A DNA stretch of 52,775 bases from a virus (Duplodnaviria; Caudoviricetes): the IMG/VR virus record IMGVR_UViG_3300032174_000008, positions 1-52,775 of that record; one strand, 5' to 3'. Of this stretch, positions 1 to 8,376 are shown in pieces (position 1 is the first letter of the stretch; each line of letters begins with the position of its first letter). The notes beneath the pieces were generated by a model. The model was given only the letters and a program-made list of their open reading frames with translations, did not search any database and was not told where the DNA came from. The translations under genes were made by a program, and so were the position numbers.

Positions 1-127
1 GCAACCTTGCACGCGTCCCACCATTCGATCTGGATAAACGACTGCGTACTGCTTACCCATTGGTTATGGTGTATGCGCTCGAATTCGTTGGGTAACAGCT
101 GCTGGGCTTCCGATTCATAGTAACTCG
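1..127. repeat. Terminal direct repeat (assembly overlap), copy 1
   Basis: 1-127 identical to 52649-52775; terL reads in frame across the junction, indicating a circular or circularly permuted genome. Confidence 0.97.
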
Positions 128-914
128 TAGTTTGCCACGGCAAGCGCGGCGTTGTATTCCACATGGCGAACGAACGCCCATTCGCATAGAACGGATACTC
201 ACTGCTGATGCGGTTCTCGTCTTTAACCAGTCGCTGGAACAGCGGTTCGAGGATCGGGCTTTCGCCTGAGTAGCCTGCGTAAGAATCAATCCACCGTTGC
301 GCTTTGCCAGTGAGCAAGGGGGACAGCTTTGTTTCGGTCCACATCAATTGGCTTGCCGCGTGTTTGGCAGCATGCAGTTCGGTGTATTCCACCATGTGAT
401 CCGACCCTCCGGCCTCCCCTCCAGGGTCAACCGGCACGGCCTCAATATTTGCGCCATTGCTAAGGTGAGTGATCAGGTACTTGTTGACATTGAACTGAGC
501 GCCCAACTTCTGATTCATCTGCAAACAGGTGGTAATCGAATCGAATACACGGCTGGCCGCCTGCTTCAAGTCGTTCGCCACAATCCGAAACTTGCCGCGT
601 TCCGTGTTCAGCGCCCGCCACAACACCACTGCGCCCGCAATCGTTGATTTGGCTGACTTTGCGATGTCCGACCACAGCACTAAGTCGTACTTGAAATTGC
701 CGTCTGTATCAGTTGCCAGCGCTTCTTTGAGAGCCGCGATCTGATGGGGATACAGAACCATCGGGCCGTTGAGTTCGGGAATGTAGAATTCCGACTGTAT
801 CCAGTCGACAATCGGACGCTTAGCGGATTGTGCCGACTTCGCAGCACGCCGCCGTTTGACCTCTTGCCATGCCTCAGCGTACAGCGCGTCAACCGCCTGA
901 CGGGAAAGTGTCAC
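1..914 (-). CDS. terL: Terminase large subunit, N-terminal ATPase part (continues at 52648->52093; ~489 aa total)
   Basis: Not in ORF track. GTG at 914 overlaps the terS stop (GTGA); frame is open to base 1: MTLSRQAVDALYAEAW...LYPHQ...WSDIAKSAKST...MVEYTELH...EFERIHHNQWV...WWDACKV; joins the 52093..52644 ORF in frame. Confidence 0.93.
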   Translation of the reverse strand, partial: MTLSRQAVDALYAEAWQEVKRRRAAKSAQSAKRPIVDWIQSEFYIPELNGPMVLYPHQIAALKEALATDTDGNFKYDLVLWSDIAKSAKSTIAGAVVLWRALNTERGKFRIVANDLKQAASRVFDSITTCLQMNQKLGAQFNVNKYLITHLSNGANIEAVPVDPGGEAGGSDHMVEYTELHAAKHAASQLMWTETKLSPLLTGKAQRWIDSYAGYSGESPILEPLFQRLVKDENRISSEYPFYANGRSFAMWNTTPRLPWQTTSYYESEAQQLLPNEFERIHHNQWVSSTQSFIQIEWWDACKV

Positions 915-1498
915 AAGCCCCCGTGGGATTCGTCCTTGTCGGATAACGCGGACTCGACATCGGCAATCGCTTTACCAAGCAAACTGTCAGCCGGGATATT
1001 GAGCGTCTGGGCTTCCTTGCGCCAATCAGCAATCTCAATCTGTGTGGTCAGCAGTTTGTGATACTTCGCCAGGTCACGCAGCGCCTCGTGTGCGCTGTAC
1101 AACTCGAATTCCGTGGTTTCGACTTGCGAGTCGTCTTTGGTCACGGTCACATATTTTATCTTTTTAACAAGGTGCAATTTGCCGTTGGAGGCGGCCTGAC
1201 GCAGGTCAACCGATAATGAATCGGGATCAATGAAATCGTCCATTGTGCCACCGGCAATGTCAGACAGCCGAGCCAGCACCTCATCGGCGCCCATTGTTCG
1301 CTGGCGAAGTTTAGCTTCAATCGCCTTTTTAATTAGAGGTTTTTGTAGGTTCTCTCGTGCCACCGCACTGAGCGTTAAATATTCGCCTTTGTACCCGGCT
1401 GCTTGCGCGGCCCGAACGCCGTTCATGCCGTTCTCTAAATAGGCCGCAATGAATAACCGCTGCTTGCCAGTGAGCGCCCGCGTTCTTTTACGTTGCAT
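911..1498 (-). CDS. terS: Terminase small subunit
   Basis: LTGKQRLFIAAYL...NGVRAAQAAGY...ENLQKPLIKKAI...ADEVLARLSDIA is the Terminase_2 pattern; directly upstream of terL. Confidence 0.93.
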   Translation of the reverse strand: MQRKRTRALTGKQRLFIAAYLENGMNGVRAAQAAGYKGEYLTLSAVARENLQKPLIKKAIEAKLRQRTMGADEVLARLSDIAGGTMDDFIDPDSLSVDLRQAASNGKLHLVKKIKYVTVTKDDSQVETTEFELYSAHEALRDLAKYHKLLTTQIEIADWRKEAQTLNIPADSLLGKAIADVESALSDKDESHGGL

Positions 1499-1736
1499 CC
1501 TGATTAACCTGTGCCGCCTCGTGCAGCCTCACCGTTTGCCGGTACTCCTTTTCACGCGCGATCAATTCAACGAGGCCCACCGCGTCGTGATACTCCTCCA
1601 GAAGCGGCGGCGGCAAAATGTCGCGGCTGACCTTTTGTAGAGTCTTGGCCCGCTCGATTACCGATTGCGCCTCGCGCTCAAGGCAGTTCAGCGCCACATC
1701 GGCCAGTGCCGGAAAATACCAAGTCGGAGTGTTCAT
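1488..1736 (-). CDS. Hypothetical protein
   Basis: Overlaps both neighbours, same strand as terminase operon. Confidence 0.65.
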   Translation of the reverse strand: MNTPTWYFPALADVALNCLEREAQSVIERAKTLQKVSRDILPPPLLEEYHDAVGLVELIAREKEYRQTVRLHEAAQVNQDAT

Positions 1737-1948
1737 GGCGTCGATAAATGCCTGTCTAAGAAATAGCGAGTTAAATTAGCTTGCGTATCCAATAATTGCA
1801 GTGCTCTCAAGGAGGCAATTAAATCATCAGGGTCAAGTTCGCGTGTTGTGCTGTCATCATAATGCACCACGATACCAACTACTGGATTAGATTGTTGGTC
1901 AAGCTTGTCAAGCAAGTCCTGTATCAGTTGTCTGCCCTTGGTGTCCAT
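1733..1948 (-). CDS. Hypothetical protein, probably leaderless (MDTKGRQ...)
   Basis: TATAAT at 1960-1955 puts the predicted TSS on the ATG at 1948. Confidence 0.6.
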   Translation of the reverse strand: MDTKGRQLIQDLLDKLDQQSNPVVGIVVHYDDSTTRELDPDDLIASLRALQLLDTQANLTRYFLDRHLSTP

Positions 1949-1964
1949 AAGCTCATTATAACCC

Positions 1965-2000
1965 AAAAACGCAAACGCCCAACCTTTCGATTGAGCGCTT
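1965..2000 (-). terminator. Intrinsic terminator
   Basis: AAGCGCTCAATC-GAAA-GGTTGGGCGTTT hairpin (3 G-U pairs on minus strand) followed by GCGTTTTT. Confidence 0.75.
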
Positions 2001-2175
2001 GCATGTACACTCTGCGGCCATCAGTACCACTCGGCCTATGAGTTCAGCGCTCGGTTGCCCTCCTGAACCGCCTTATCATGGCCTCACTGCTTTACGGGCG
2101 AATGAAGAACGGATAAGGATAACGCTTCATTTCCGGTGGTCCGGGCCGCGCCGTAGTAATCAGCGTTACATTGCA
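2000..2175 (-). ncRNA. Candidate ~175-nt structured ncRNA
   Basis: Extended -10 TGTGGTAGAAT (2189-2179); 5'/3' ends pair; internal stems GCGGCC/GGCCGC, ACCAC/GTGGT, AATGAAG/CTTCATT, GTTCAG/CTGAAC; terminator follows; no convincing ORF. Confidence 0.55.
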
Positions 2176-2187
2176 ATCATTCTACCA

Positions 2188-2283
2188 CAAAACAGTTAAC
2201 CCGTCCACGGGAGTAGGCGGGTCAACCAAACGGAGGCAACGACACACGAGCGATAGAATACCGCAGTGGAGGACGGTTGTCAA
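2188..2283 (-). ncRNA. Small RNA with anti-SD tracts, including its promoter
   Basis: TTGACA(2283-2278)-N17-TATTCT(2260-2255); ~60-nt transcript containing TTGCCTCCGTTT; terminator GTTGACCCG/CGGGTTAAC-TGTTTT with loop CCTACTCCC. Confidence 0.6.
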
Positions 2284-2294
2284 ATGGCGGGCGA

Positions 2295-2765
2295 TTATCC
2301 CCCACTGAGCAGCAGCGGCATAGGATCACCAGCATAGCCGCGTTCGATTTGCGGGATCAGCACTTCGCCAACCGTGCGACGTTGCGGATCGCCGGGCGCT
2401 TCCAGTTGCGCCAGAAACGCCTGATCGAGCGTCTCGATGCCACTCTGAACCGACTCCAGCTTAGCCTTGATTACCAGCAGCAGCGACCGCCAACGCTCCT
2501 GGACCGCCTGCTTGTACGCGCGATCCATCTCGTCAGGTGAGCGTTTAGTTCGTGCGTGTTGATTAACGCCCTTGAATTTCATATCAGCGAGGTCGGGCAG
2601 TGGGACCGTGAACCGAATATTACGGTTGCCAACGCGAAAGCCCAGTTGAATAGCATCGTCCGTTTCGAGCGTGCCAATAGCTTCGGCCTTGTAGCGCTTT
2701 AAGGTAGTCCTGATTTCGGTGAACGTGCGCTCAGTGCTCACCGTGGTTCCCTTAGCATATGTCAT
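2295..2765 (-). CDS. Conserved phage hypothetical protein
   Basis: 156-aa ORF, ATGA overlap with upstream gene. Confidence 0.8.
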   Translation of the reverse strand: MTYAKGTTVSTERTFTEIRTTLKRYKAEAIGTLETDDAIQLGFRVGNRNIRFTVPLPDLADMKFKGVNQHARTKRSPDEMDRAYKQAVQERWRSLLLVIKAKLESVQSGIETLDQAFLAQLEAPGDPQRRTVGEVLIPQIERGYAGDPMPLLLSGG

Positions 2766-3478
2766 GATCGTTTCGCCTCACCCCATACATTACGCCCGAT
2801 CTTGCCCCACTCATCTGTGACATTGCCCTCCAGCCAGCGAGTCGGCCTGTCACGTAATGCCACGTCGCTGTCAAGTTTGGCACGCGCCCTGGCAAGTTGT
2901 GACGGTTTGTTCGTGACGCCAACCGTTAATTCCGTGCCATTCGATTTGGCAAACGCTACCAGTGCCGTTTCCTCCTTGTTGGCAGTTGTGACAAGTTTGG
3001 CAGTTGTCGGTTTCTTTGGCTTGCCATAACTGAATGTGTACAGCAGTGTCGAAAGTGGCAGGAGTGCCGGGATAAAGAATATCGCGCTGTCACGGATGAG
3101 TGTCACAAGCGGTATCCACTCAGCACGCACGCCCGCCGACACTGCCAACGCTGGCACGTGCTCAATCATGTAGATCATCTGTAGCAGATAGGTGAATCCG
3201 GCAAACGTGGCAAACGTGGCATATTTGGCACGACTGCGTTCGCCAGATCGCAGTTCGGAACTTGTCACAATCTGACCGAGGTCCACGGCAAACGCGATCA
3301 GCGCACCTGGCACTAGCCATGCCAACCACTGCCAGGTGAACTGGATTGGCTCAATACCGCCGAATAGAGTGGCAAGTGTCCAACTTGAGTGGATAAATGC
3401 CGCCGCGCCGGTTGCCGTGACGAGCGGTTGTGCCAACATCAGCCTGATAAATGGCATACGTGACAAGAAGGTGGTCAT
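2762..3478 (-). CDS. Multi-pass membrane protein
   Basis: About four hydrophobic segments followed by a basic tail; ATGA overlaps. Confidence 0.75.
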   Translation of the reverse strand: MTTFLSRMPFIRLMLAQPLVTATGAAAFIHSSWTLATLFGGIEPIQFTWQWLAWLVPGALIAFAVDLGQIVTSSELRSGERSRAKYATFATFAGFTYLLQMIYMIEHVPALAVSAGVRAEWIPLVTLIRDSAIFFIPALLPLSTLLYTFSYGKPKKPTTAKLVTTANKEETALVAFAKSNGTELTVGVTNKPSQLARARAKLDSDVALRDRPTRWLEGNVTDEWGKIGRNVWGEAKRS

Positions 3479-3726
3479 ATCGACTGCTCCTCGTCATATG
3501 GCACGCCCGCGTTAGTCGCCAAGATCGTAATCAGTTCAGCCGGTCGCATCAGCAACCGGATCGCCTCGTCTTTGGTTTCCAGTTCGCGCTCTAACTCCGC
3601 ATTCCGTATCAACACCGCGCGCACGTCCTCGACGAACAGCGCCGTCGTGCCGCGCTGGTGCTCTGCGGCCACGGCGAGCATGCTTTTGATGCGTTCAATT
3701 GCTTGTTGTGTTATAGTTGTTGACAT
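3475..3726 (-). CDS. Hypothetical protein
   Basis: GGAG SD upstream; translationally coupled to the next gene. Confidence 0.7.
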   Translation of the reverse strand: MSTTITQQAIERIKSMLAVAAEHQRGTTALFVEDVRAVLIRNAELERELETKDEAIRLLMRPAELITILATNAGVPYDEEQSI

Positions 3727-3793
3727 ACAGTTTTCTCCCTGTTGACAGTGCCCGGATCGAAAGTGGTCCGGGCATTTGATTTACGGTTAAACG

Positions 3794-4816
3794 CTACTTT
3801 GCTTTCGGATGGATCGCCCGGATATTGCGGTACGGATTCCCTTTGCTGTTCAGCTTCTTGGACAACTCGTAATCCACCGTAGCCGGGAAGTCGTACCGCG
3901 TAGCCAGTTGCATCGCGTCCACGTTCACCAGCGCGTACACCAGTTCCTTGTCGGCGTCGCTTTTTAGATAGAACATGGCATATTGTGCCTGTTTGCCATC
4001 TTCCAGCACCGGGTACAGGTCGATTTCCACTTTGCCGTCTTTCGCTGTAACCTTCTCGATCTGGTTGATTTCGGCATGCTGAATACCGCCGGTTTGCTGA
4101 ACATCTGGATCGAATGACTTGACCGGGGATGGAGCCGGGGCCGGGGTGTTTTGCGGCAACGCTGACCCTGGAGGGACAGTCGGCGGCGCATTCGTTGGCC
4201 CAACCCGCCGGTCAGCGGTTGACGGTGCCTCATTCGGTGTACGGCTCGATGCGTACCGCCCGCCGTCGCCCAACAGGGTATCCAGTACCGTCTCCAATCG
4301 TTTCACGCCGTCACTGACCATCGAGGAACGCACGGTCAGCAACACCTCTACGTTGTACTGCTTGTGCCACACTTTGACGGTTGCCGAGAACGGCGCTTCG
4401 GCAAGGTTGTCTAGGTTGGCGTTTACCTGTTGCGCGGGTGTTGGTTGCGGTTCGGTTTTCACGGTCGACTCCTCTGGACTGACGTAATCGGTTTCGTCGC
4501 CAACTTCCTCCTCAGCTTCTTTCGTTGGTTGTGCCGTCTTTGGATTCTTGTCAATTTTGACAATGAACGCCGCGATCTTCTTTGCCCAAAAATCGGCGGG
4601 ATTCTTGTCGAACAGCGGCCTCAGTTCAGCCGTGCCGCACGCCGCTTGCAGGATCGCCTTCCGTTTGCCAGCGTTCGCGCCCGGTGCCAGTTCGTCTAAA
4701 GTCGCACTGATTTGCATCTCGAAATCGGCATACGCCGCGTCGATGTCAACTTTGCCGGTGTCGTTGCGCGGGAAGTACGTATCTAACTCGGTGTTCGCTT
4801 GATTTTGTGAAGTCAT
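3794..4816 (-). CDS. Hypothetical protein, possibly ssDNA-binding or recombination
   Basis: 340 aa with Pro-rich linkers and a beta-rich C-terminal domain; AAGGATTAA before ATG; function is a guess. Confidence 0.7.
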   Translation of the reverse strand: MTSQNQANTELDTYFPRNDTGKVDIDAAYADFEMQISATLDELAPGANAGKRKAILQAACGTAELRPLFDKNPADFWAKKIAAFIVKIDKNPKTAQPTKEAEEEVGDETDYVSPEESTVKTEPQPTPAQQVNANLDNLAEAPFSATVKVWHKQYNVEVLLTVRSSMVSDGVKRLETVLDTLLGDGGRYASSRTPNEAPSTADRRVGPTNAPPTVPPGSALPQNTPAPAPSPVKSFDPDVQQTGGIQHAEINQIEKVTAKDGKVEIDLYPVLEDGKQAQYAMFYLKSDADKELVYALVNVDAMQLATRYDFPATVDYELSKKLNSKGNPYRNIRAIHPKAK

Positions 4817-4821
4817 CTCGA

Positions 4822-5088
4822 TTAATCCTTTTTAGCCCGGCTACCGCCGTTTTTCACTGTGAACAATTCGACCAGCGCCTTCCGAGTTATCCCCTGCCGC
4901 GCTGCCGCCCTGACCACTGACGGGTTATCCGCGAGTAACCGGCGCACAATCGCGCCGAATGAGCCGCGCTCCCACGTCATCCCGTATTCGATGGCCGCCG
5001 ATTTCAGCAGCACCTCGACCGGCTCAGGAACGATAAACTGAACCAGTTCCTTGCCGATGCCGTCTTTGCCTGTTTCCCACTTTGCCAT
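4822..5088 (-). CDS. Small DNA-binding protein, ribbon-helix-helix-like
   Basis: LVQFIVPEPVEVLLKSAAIEYG...FGAIVRRLL strand-helix-helix pattern; AGGAG SD. Confidence 0.55.
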   Translation of the reverse strand: MAKWETGKDGIGKELVQFIVPEPVEVLLKSAAIEYGMTWERGSFGAIVRRLLADNPSVVRAAARQGITRKALVELFTVKNGGSRAKKD

Positions 5089-5097
5089 GATTACTCC

Positions 5098-5337
5098 TTA
5101 ATTACGCGGCGGCTGGATGCTGCCGGTATATTCATCAATGCGTGCAACGACATTTTCCAGCGCGTCGGGCAGATTTGATCCTAAGAATACTTCATCTGAG
5201 CGGCCAAATTGCTGCATAATCCAACCGCGCCGCCCATCCTCTTGCCGATAACCGCGCCAAACGCGATACGACTGCCTATGCAGTGCGCTATACTCCGCCA
5301 CCATCCCTACAAGCTGTTTACGTGTAATCCGTGACAT
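5098..5337 (-). CDS. Hypothetical protein
   Basis: AGGAG SD; fits the leftward operon. Confidence 0.7.
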   Translation of the reverse strand: MSRITRKQLVGMVAEYSALHRQSYRVWRGYRQEDGRRGWIMQQFGRSDEVFLGSNLPDALENVVARIDEYTGSIQPPRN

Positions 5338-5346
5338 TTTAATCTC

Positions 5347-5541
5347 CTATTCCATCGCTACGCGGCTGATCCCGCGTGTTACCTGCCGACTCTGTATCTT
5401 GCGCACGTTGAATTCGGCGCGCCGCTCCAACCGCGTCGCCTCGTTCACCGACCACACGCCCGAACCGCCTCCCAGCGACCGGATTAACATGGCGGTAATC
5501 GTGTCCTGGTTCGCTTTGCTGATTAACATTTGCTTCGACAT
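5347..5541 (-). CDS. Hypothetical protein, first gene of leftward early operon
   Basis: AGAAGGATCAA before ATG; strong promoter just upstream. Confidence 0.65.
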   Translation of the reverse strand: MSKQMLISKANQDTITAMLIRSLGGGSGVWSVNEATRLERRAEFNVRKIQSRQVTRGISRVAME

Positions 5542-5570
5542 CTGGTTGATCCTTCTTGGTTGATTTCACT

Positions 5571-5599
5571 ATCATATATCATAAACGAGCGTTTGTCAA
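5571..5599 (-). promoter_or_regulatory. Leftward early sigma70-type promoter
   Basis: TTGACA-N17-TATGAT. Confidence 0.8.
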
Positions 5600-5705
5600 T
5601 AAGCAGTTTTTAAAACTGGTCTAGCGGAGTATAATTACTATCTATCGAAATAGAAAAGCCCGACGCGGTTAACGTCGGGACTTTAAGCCCTGAATTGGAG
5701 GGCAT

Positions 5706-6473
5706 ATGACAGAGTCTAATTCAAACCTGCCTGTTCGTCAACCCGGACAATCGATGTTTGCCGGGTTAAAGCCATCTGGCGACATGTCCAAACCAGAGGC
5801 GTTGACATCTATAAATCAAATCAACAACAAACTGACAGCCATTGAAGGGCATCTAAGTCAAATACGGCGCTTAGTTGTTGAACTGAACGAGCGCAAAGGT
5901 TGGAAAGCGCTTGGCTATACTTCGTTTCGTGAATGCGCTGAAGCTGAGTTTGGAAAGTCAATGCGAACCATTTACAACATGCTTACTTCGGGAATTGTTG
6001 AGCGCAATGTTTTTCCGGACTCGGAGAATTTTGCAGAGTCTGCAAACATACACCCGGTAATACCTGACGTGGTAGCAAAAGAACTGAAAACGCTTGAACC
6101 CGCCGATCAGAAAGCCGTTTACGAGTTTGCCGTTGCGACTGCGCCTGAAGGCAATGTGACGGCACGGTGGGCAAAGGCGACCAGGGTTGTTTACGAGCAA
6201 GCTAAGCTGACGGGCGGCTATGTGGACATCGGCAACGGAGAGAGTACAGCATTAGAAGCTGCTGTCGCTCAAGAAGCACATGAAACAATGCTCCGCCAGA
6301 AACAGCATATTGCCGAGAGCACGAGAAAGAAGATTAAAATCTATAGCGGGCGCGGATTTGTACGCGATGACGGGCTTATCCGGCCTATGGATGACGATCA
6401 ACCTGTCCCGTTCGGGCACTACGTAAAAATAACAATATACGAGGAGGATGAGGAGGAAGATACAACCATCTGA
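5706..6473 (+). CDS. Phage DNA-binding protein (DUF3102-like motif)
   Basis: WKALGYTSFRECAEAEFGKSMRTIYNML motif; GGAGG SD; own -10 TATAAT at 5630-5635. Confidence 0.7.
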   Translation: MTESNSNLPVRQPGQSMFAGLKPSGDMSKPEALTSINQINNKLTAIEGHLSQIRRLVVELNERKGWKALGYTSFRECAEAEFGKSMRTIYNMLTSGIVERNVFPDSENFAESANIHPVIPDVVAKELKTLEPADQKAVYEFAVATAPEGNVTARWAKATRVVYEQAKLTGGYVDIGNGESTALEAAVAQEAHETMLRQKQHIAESTRKKIKIYSGRGFVRDDGLIRPMDDDQPVPFGHYVKITIYEEDEEEDTTI

Positions 6474-6484
6474 CAAATTGGTTG

Positions 6485-6513
6485 TTGACACGCCGCGCAA
6501 TATGATATATGAT
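6485..6513 (+). promoter_or_regulatory. Rightward early sigma70-type promoter
   Basis: TTGACA-N17-TATGAT; last 13 nt identical to the leftward promoter. Confidence 0.8.
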
Positions 6514-6550
6514 TGTGCGTATCGTATGTCACTCTAAAAAGGATCAACGT

Positions 6551-6778
6551 ATGGATTACGCGATCACACTGTTACCCGGCGGCAAGATAATCCGCCTGTC
6601 AACTGTACACTACTGGTGTACGGTTAGCGCGGCCTGGTGGGGCGCGCGCACGGATGCACAGCGCACGGCGTACGCCAACGGGCTGACGGCGAAGAATGCA
6701 CACGGGATCGCGCAAACGAGCGTGCAATGTGGCGCGCGGGCGTGGTCGTTTCCGATGGGAGCGTGGCTCAATGGCTGA
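6551..6778 (+). CDS. Hypothetical protein (MDYAITLL...)
   Basis: AAGGATCAA box before ATG 6551; the track start 6509 lies inside the promoter. Confidence 0.65.
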   Translation: MDYAITLLPGGKIIRLSTVHYWCTVSAAWWGARTDAQRTAYANGLTAKNAHGIAQTSVQCGARAWSFPMGAWLNG

Positions 6779-7046
6779 CAAACCGTTGAAAGTACACGTC
6801 CGTTTGGTGAAGATCGTACCCGGCCCGGCGTTTCTCGGCTGGCGGCGTATCGTGTTGTTTGAGGGCGTTCGCAGTACAGATGAAGTGCAACAAACCGCTT
6901 ACGTCTGGTTACGCGCCTTCATCAACACGCACGACGTTTACATTCCGGGTGACCCAGTATATGGACCGGGAAGGCTGTCTGACATATTCCCCGCTGATCA
7001 TCACATCGGATCGCCGTCGTATCAGGTCGAGGTGAGCTATGTCTGA
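6771..7046 (+). CDS. Hypothetical protein (MADKPLKV...)
   Basis: GGAG SD; 8-nt overlaps with neighbours. Confidence 0.65.
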   Translation: MADKPLKVHVRLVKIVPGPAFLGWRRIVLFEGVRSTDEVQQTAYVWLRAFINTHDVYIPGDPVYGPGRLSDIFPADHHIGSPSYQVEVSYV

Positions 7047-7236
7047 AAAGCTCAGCAACACCTTCGTCGGCACGATGCGACCGCGCGAATACGCGGCGTA
7101 CCAGATTGCGATTGCGGCGGGGCTGGAAGTCAAAGCGCGAATTGAGAAGCGCAAACAGCAGGAAAACAGTGAGCGCCCGGTGAATGCCGAGCGCCCGCCG
7201 ACTTCTGATCAACTGGGATGTCTACTCAATAAGTAA
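7039..7236 (+). CDS. Hypothetical protein
   Basis: GAGGTG SD. Confidence 0.55.
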   Translation: MSEKLSNTFVGTMRPREYAAYQIAIAAGLEVKARIEKRKQQENSERPVNAERPPTSDQLGCLLNK

Positions 7237-7304
7237 CCTCCCTGAATTCCTGAGGGCCAGTTATCTGGCAACGAAAAGCGTAACGCTAAACGAAAAGGAT
7301 TGCA

Positions 7305-7721
7305 ATGGGAAAACACGCAACTATCAAAGCGCTAGAGCCAGTGTACATAACGCTCAGCGACCGAACCAATCCCGACCTGGGGAACTTTCTCAAAATCAGC
7401 ATGAGCGAACAACTGTTCATCAACGCGCTGTCATACTTTGGAAAAGACTTGCCAACGCCGGTATGCGAGTTTCGATTCAATCGACCGGCAAAGCACCGCG
7501 CCGATTTCGCGTGGATGGAAGCGTGGCTGCTTGTCGAATGTGACGGCGGTACACACAAGCAGGGCGGCGGACGGCATGGCGGGGACGCTGACCGGGTGAA
7601 ACTGAACTTTGCCGCCATCCTCGGCTATCGCGTGTTACGTTTCAGCACCGACATGCTGCAATCCAATCCTGAAACGTGTATCCAGGTGGTGAGTAAAGCG
7701 CTTGCTTATGGCAATCGCTAG
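7305..7721 (+). CDS. DUF559/Vsr-like PD-(D/E)xK endonuclease
   Basis: EFRF...RADFAW...LVECDGGTH...GGRH...D..K.N.A...GYRVLRFS. Confidence 0.85.
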   Translation: MGKHATIKALEPVYITLSDRTNPDLGNFLKISMSEQLFINALSYFGKDLPTPVCEFRFNRPAKHRADFAWMEAWLLVECDGGTHKQGGGRHGGDADRVKLNFAAILGYRVLRFSTDMLQSNPETCIQVVSKALAYGNR

Positions 7722-7827
7722 AAACGAAAACGCCGCCGGTAGAAGGATCAAAACTCCGGTAGCGCTTCCGACTTCACCCAAACATACGAACCACGTTTAG
7801 AATACACGTAAATCGTGAAACTGTCAA
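7721..7827 (-). ncRNA. Small RNA with loop TTTTGATCCTT, including its promoter
   Basis: TTGACA(7827-7822)-N17-TATTCT(7804-7799); hairpin CGCTACCGG/CCGGCGGCG then TTTTCGTTTC. Confidence 0.65.
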
Positions 7828-7871
7828 CCGAGGATTAATCCTCATAATTGAGCTTATCGGAAGGAACCAGC

Positions 7872-8153
7872 ATGGACGTTGAACCAATCGGATTTTTGAG
7901 AGCGATAGAACATTCTGATAGCGCATGGGTCGTCACCGCCATGCGTCGCAATTATGGACGCCATCGCACGATAGTCATCGAACGAATGGACAGTCATTTA
8001 GCAAATGACACGACCTGGTTCATGCGCGTATTCAACAAGGGGCTACTTATGTACCAGCGCCCAGGAATCGCCACTGTCTACGATGCAATTGCCCAGGCTG
8101 AAGATTGGATAACGCGACACCCCCACCCCGATGAAGAACAGGAGGCGCAGTGA
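7872..8153 (+). CDS. Hypothetical protein
   Basis: GAAGGA SD before ATG 7872. Confidence 0.65.
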   Translation: MDVEPIGFLRAIEHSDSAWVVTAMRRNYGRHRTIVIERMDSHLANDTTWFMRVFNKGLLMYQRPGIATVYDAIAQAEDWITRHPHPDEEQEAQ

Positions 8154-8347
8154 ATACAAAGGGTCTAGGAAAACGCGAAATAGCCCTGCTCCGTGAGTTG
8201 CGCAAAGCTCCACAAACATATACCTGTTGGGATCGTCGGTTCATTGCATTGGCTGATCGCGGGCTTATTGATGGTAAAGGCGTGTATGGAAGTTGGACTT
8301 TCGCCCTTACTGAGAAGGGTCGCGCCTATGTTGATTACTCCCGATAA
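8150..8347 (+). CDS. Small winged-helix-like hypothetical protein
   Basis: GGAGG SD; LADRGLI...ALTEKGRAY. Confidence 0.6.
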   Translation: MNTKGLGKREIALLRELRKAPQTYTCWDRRFIALADRGLIDGKGVYGSWTFALTEKGRAYVDYSR

Positions 8348-8376
8348 ACGACGATCTCGGAAGTAAAGGATCAACC

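Noticed and set aside
2000-2060. Hammerhead ribozyme in the 175-nt RNA
   Set aside because: CTGATGG rather than CTGATGA, and no correctly placed GAAA core
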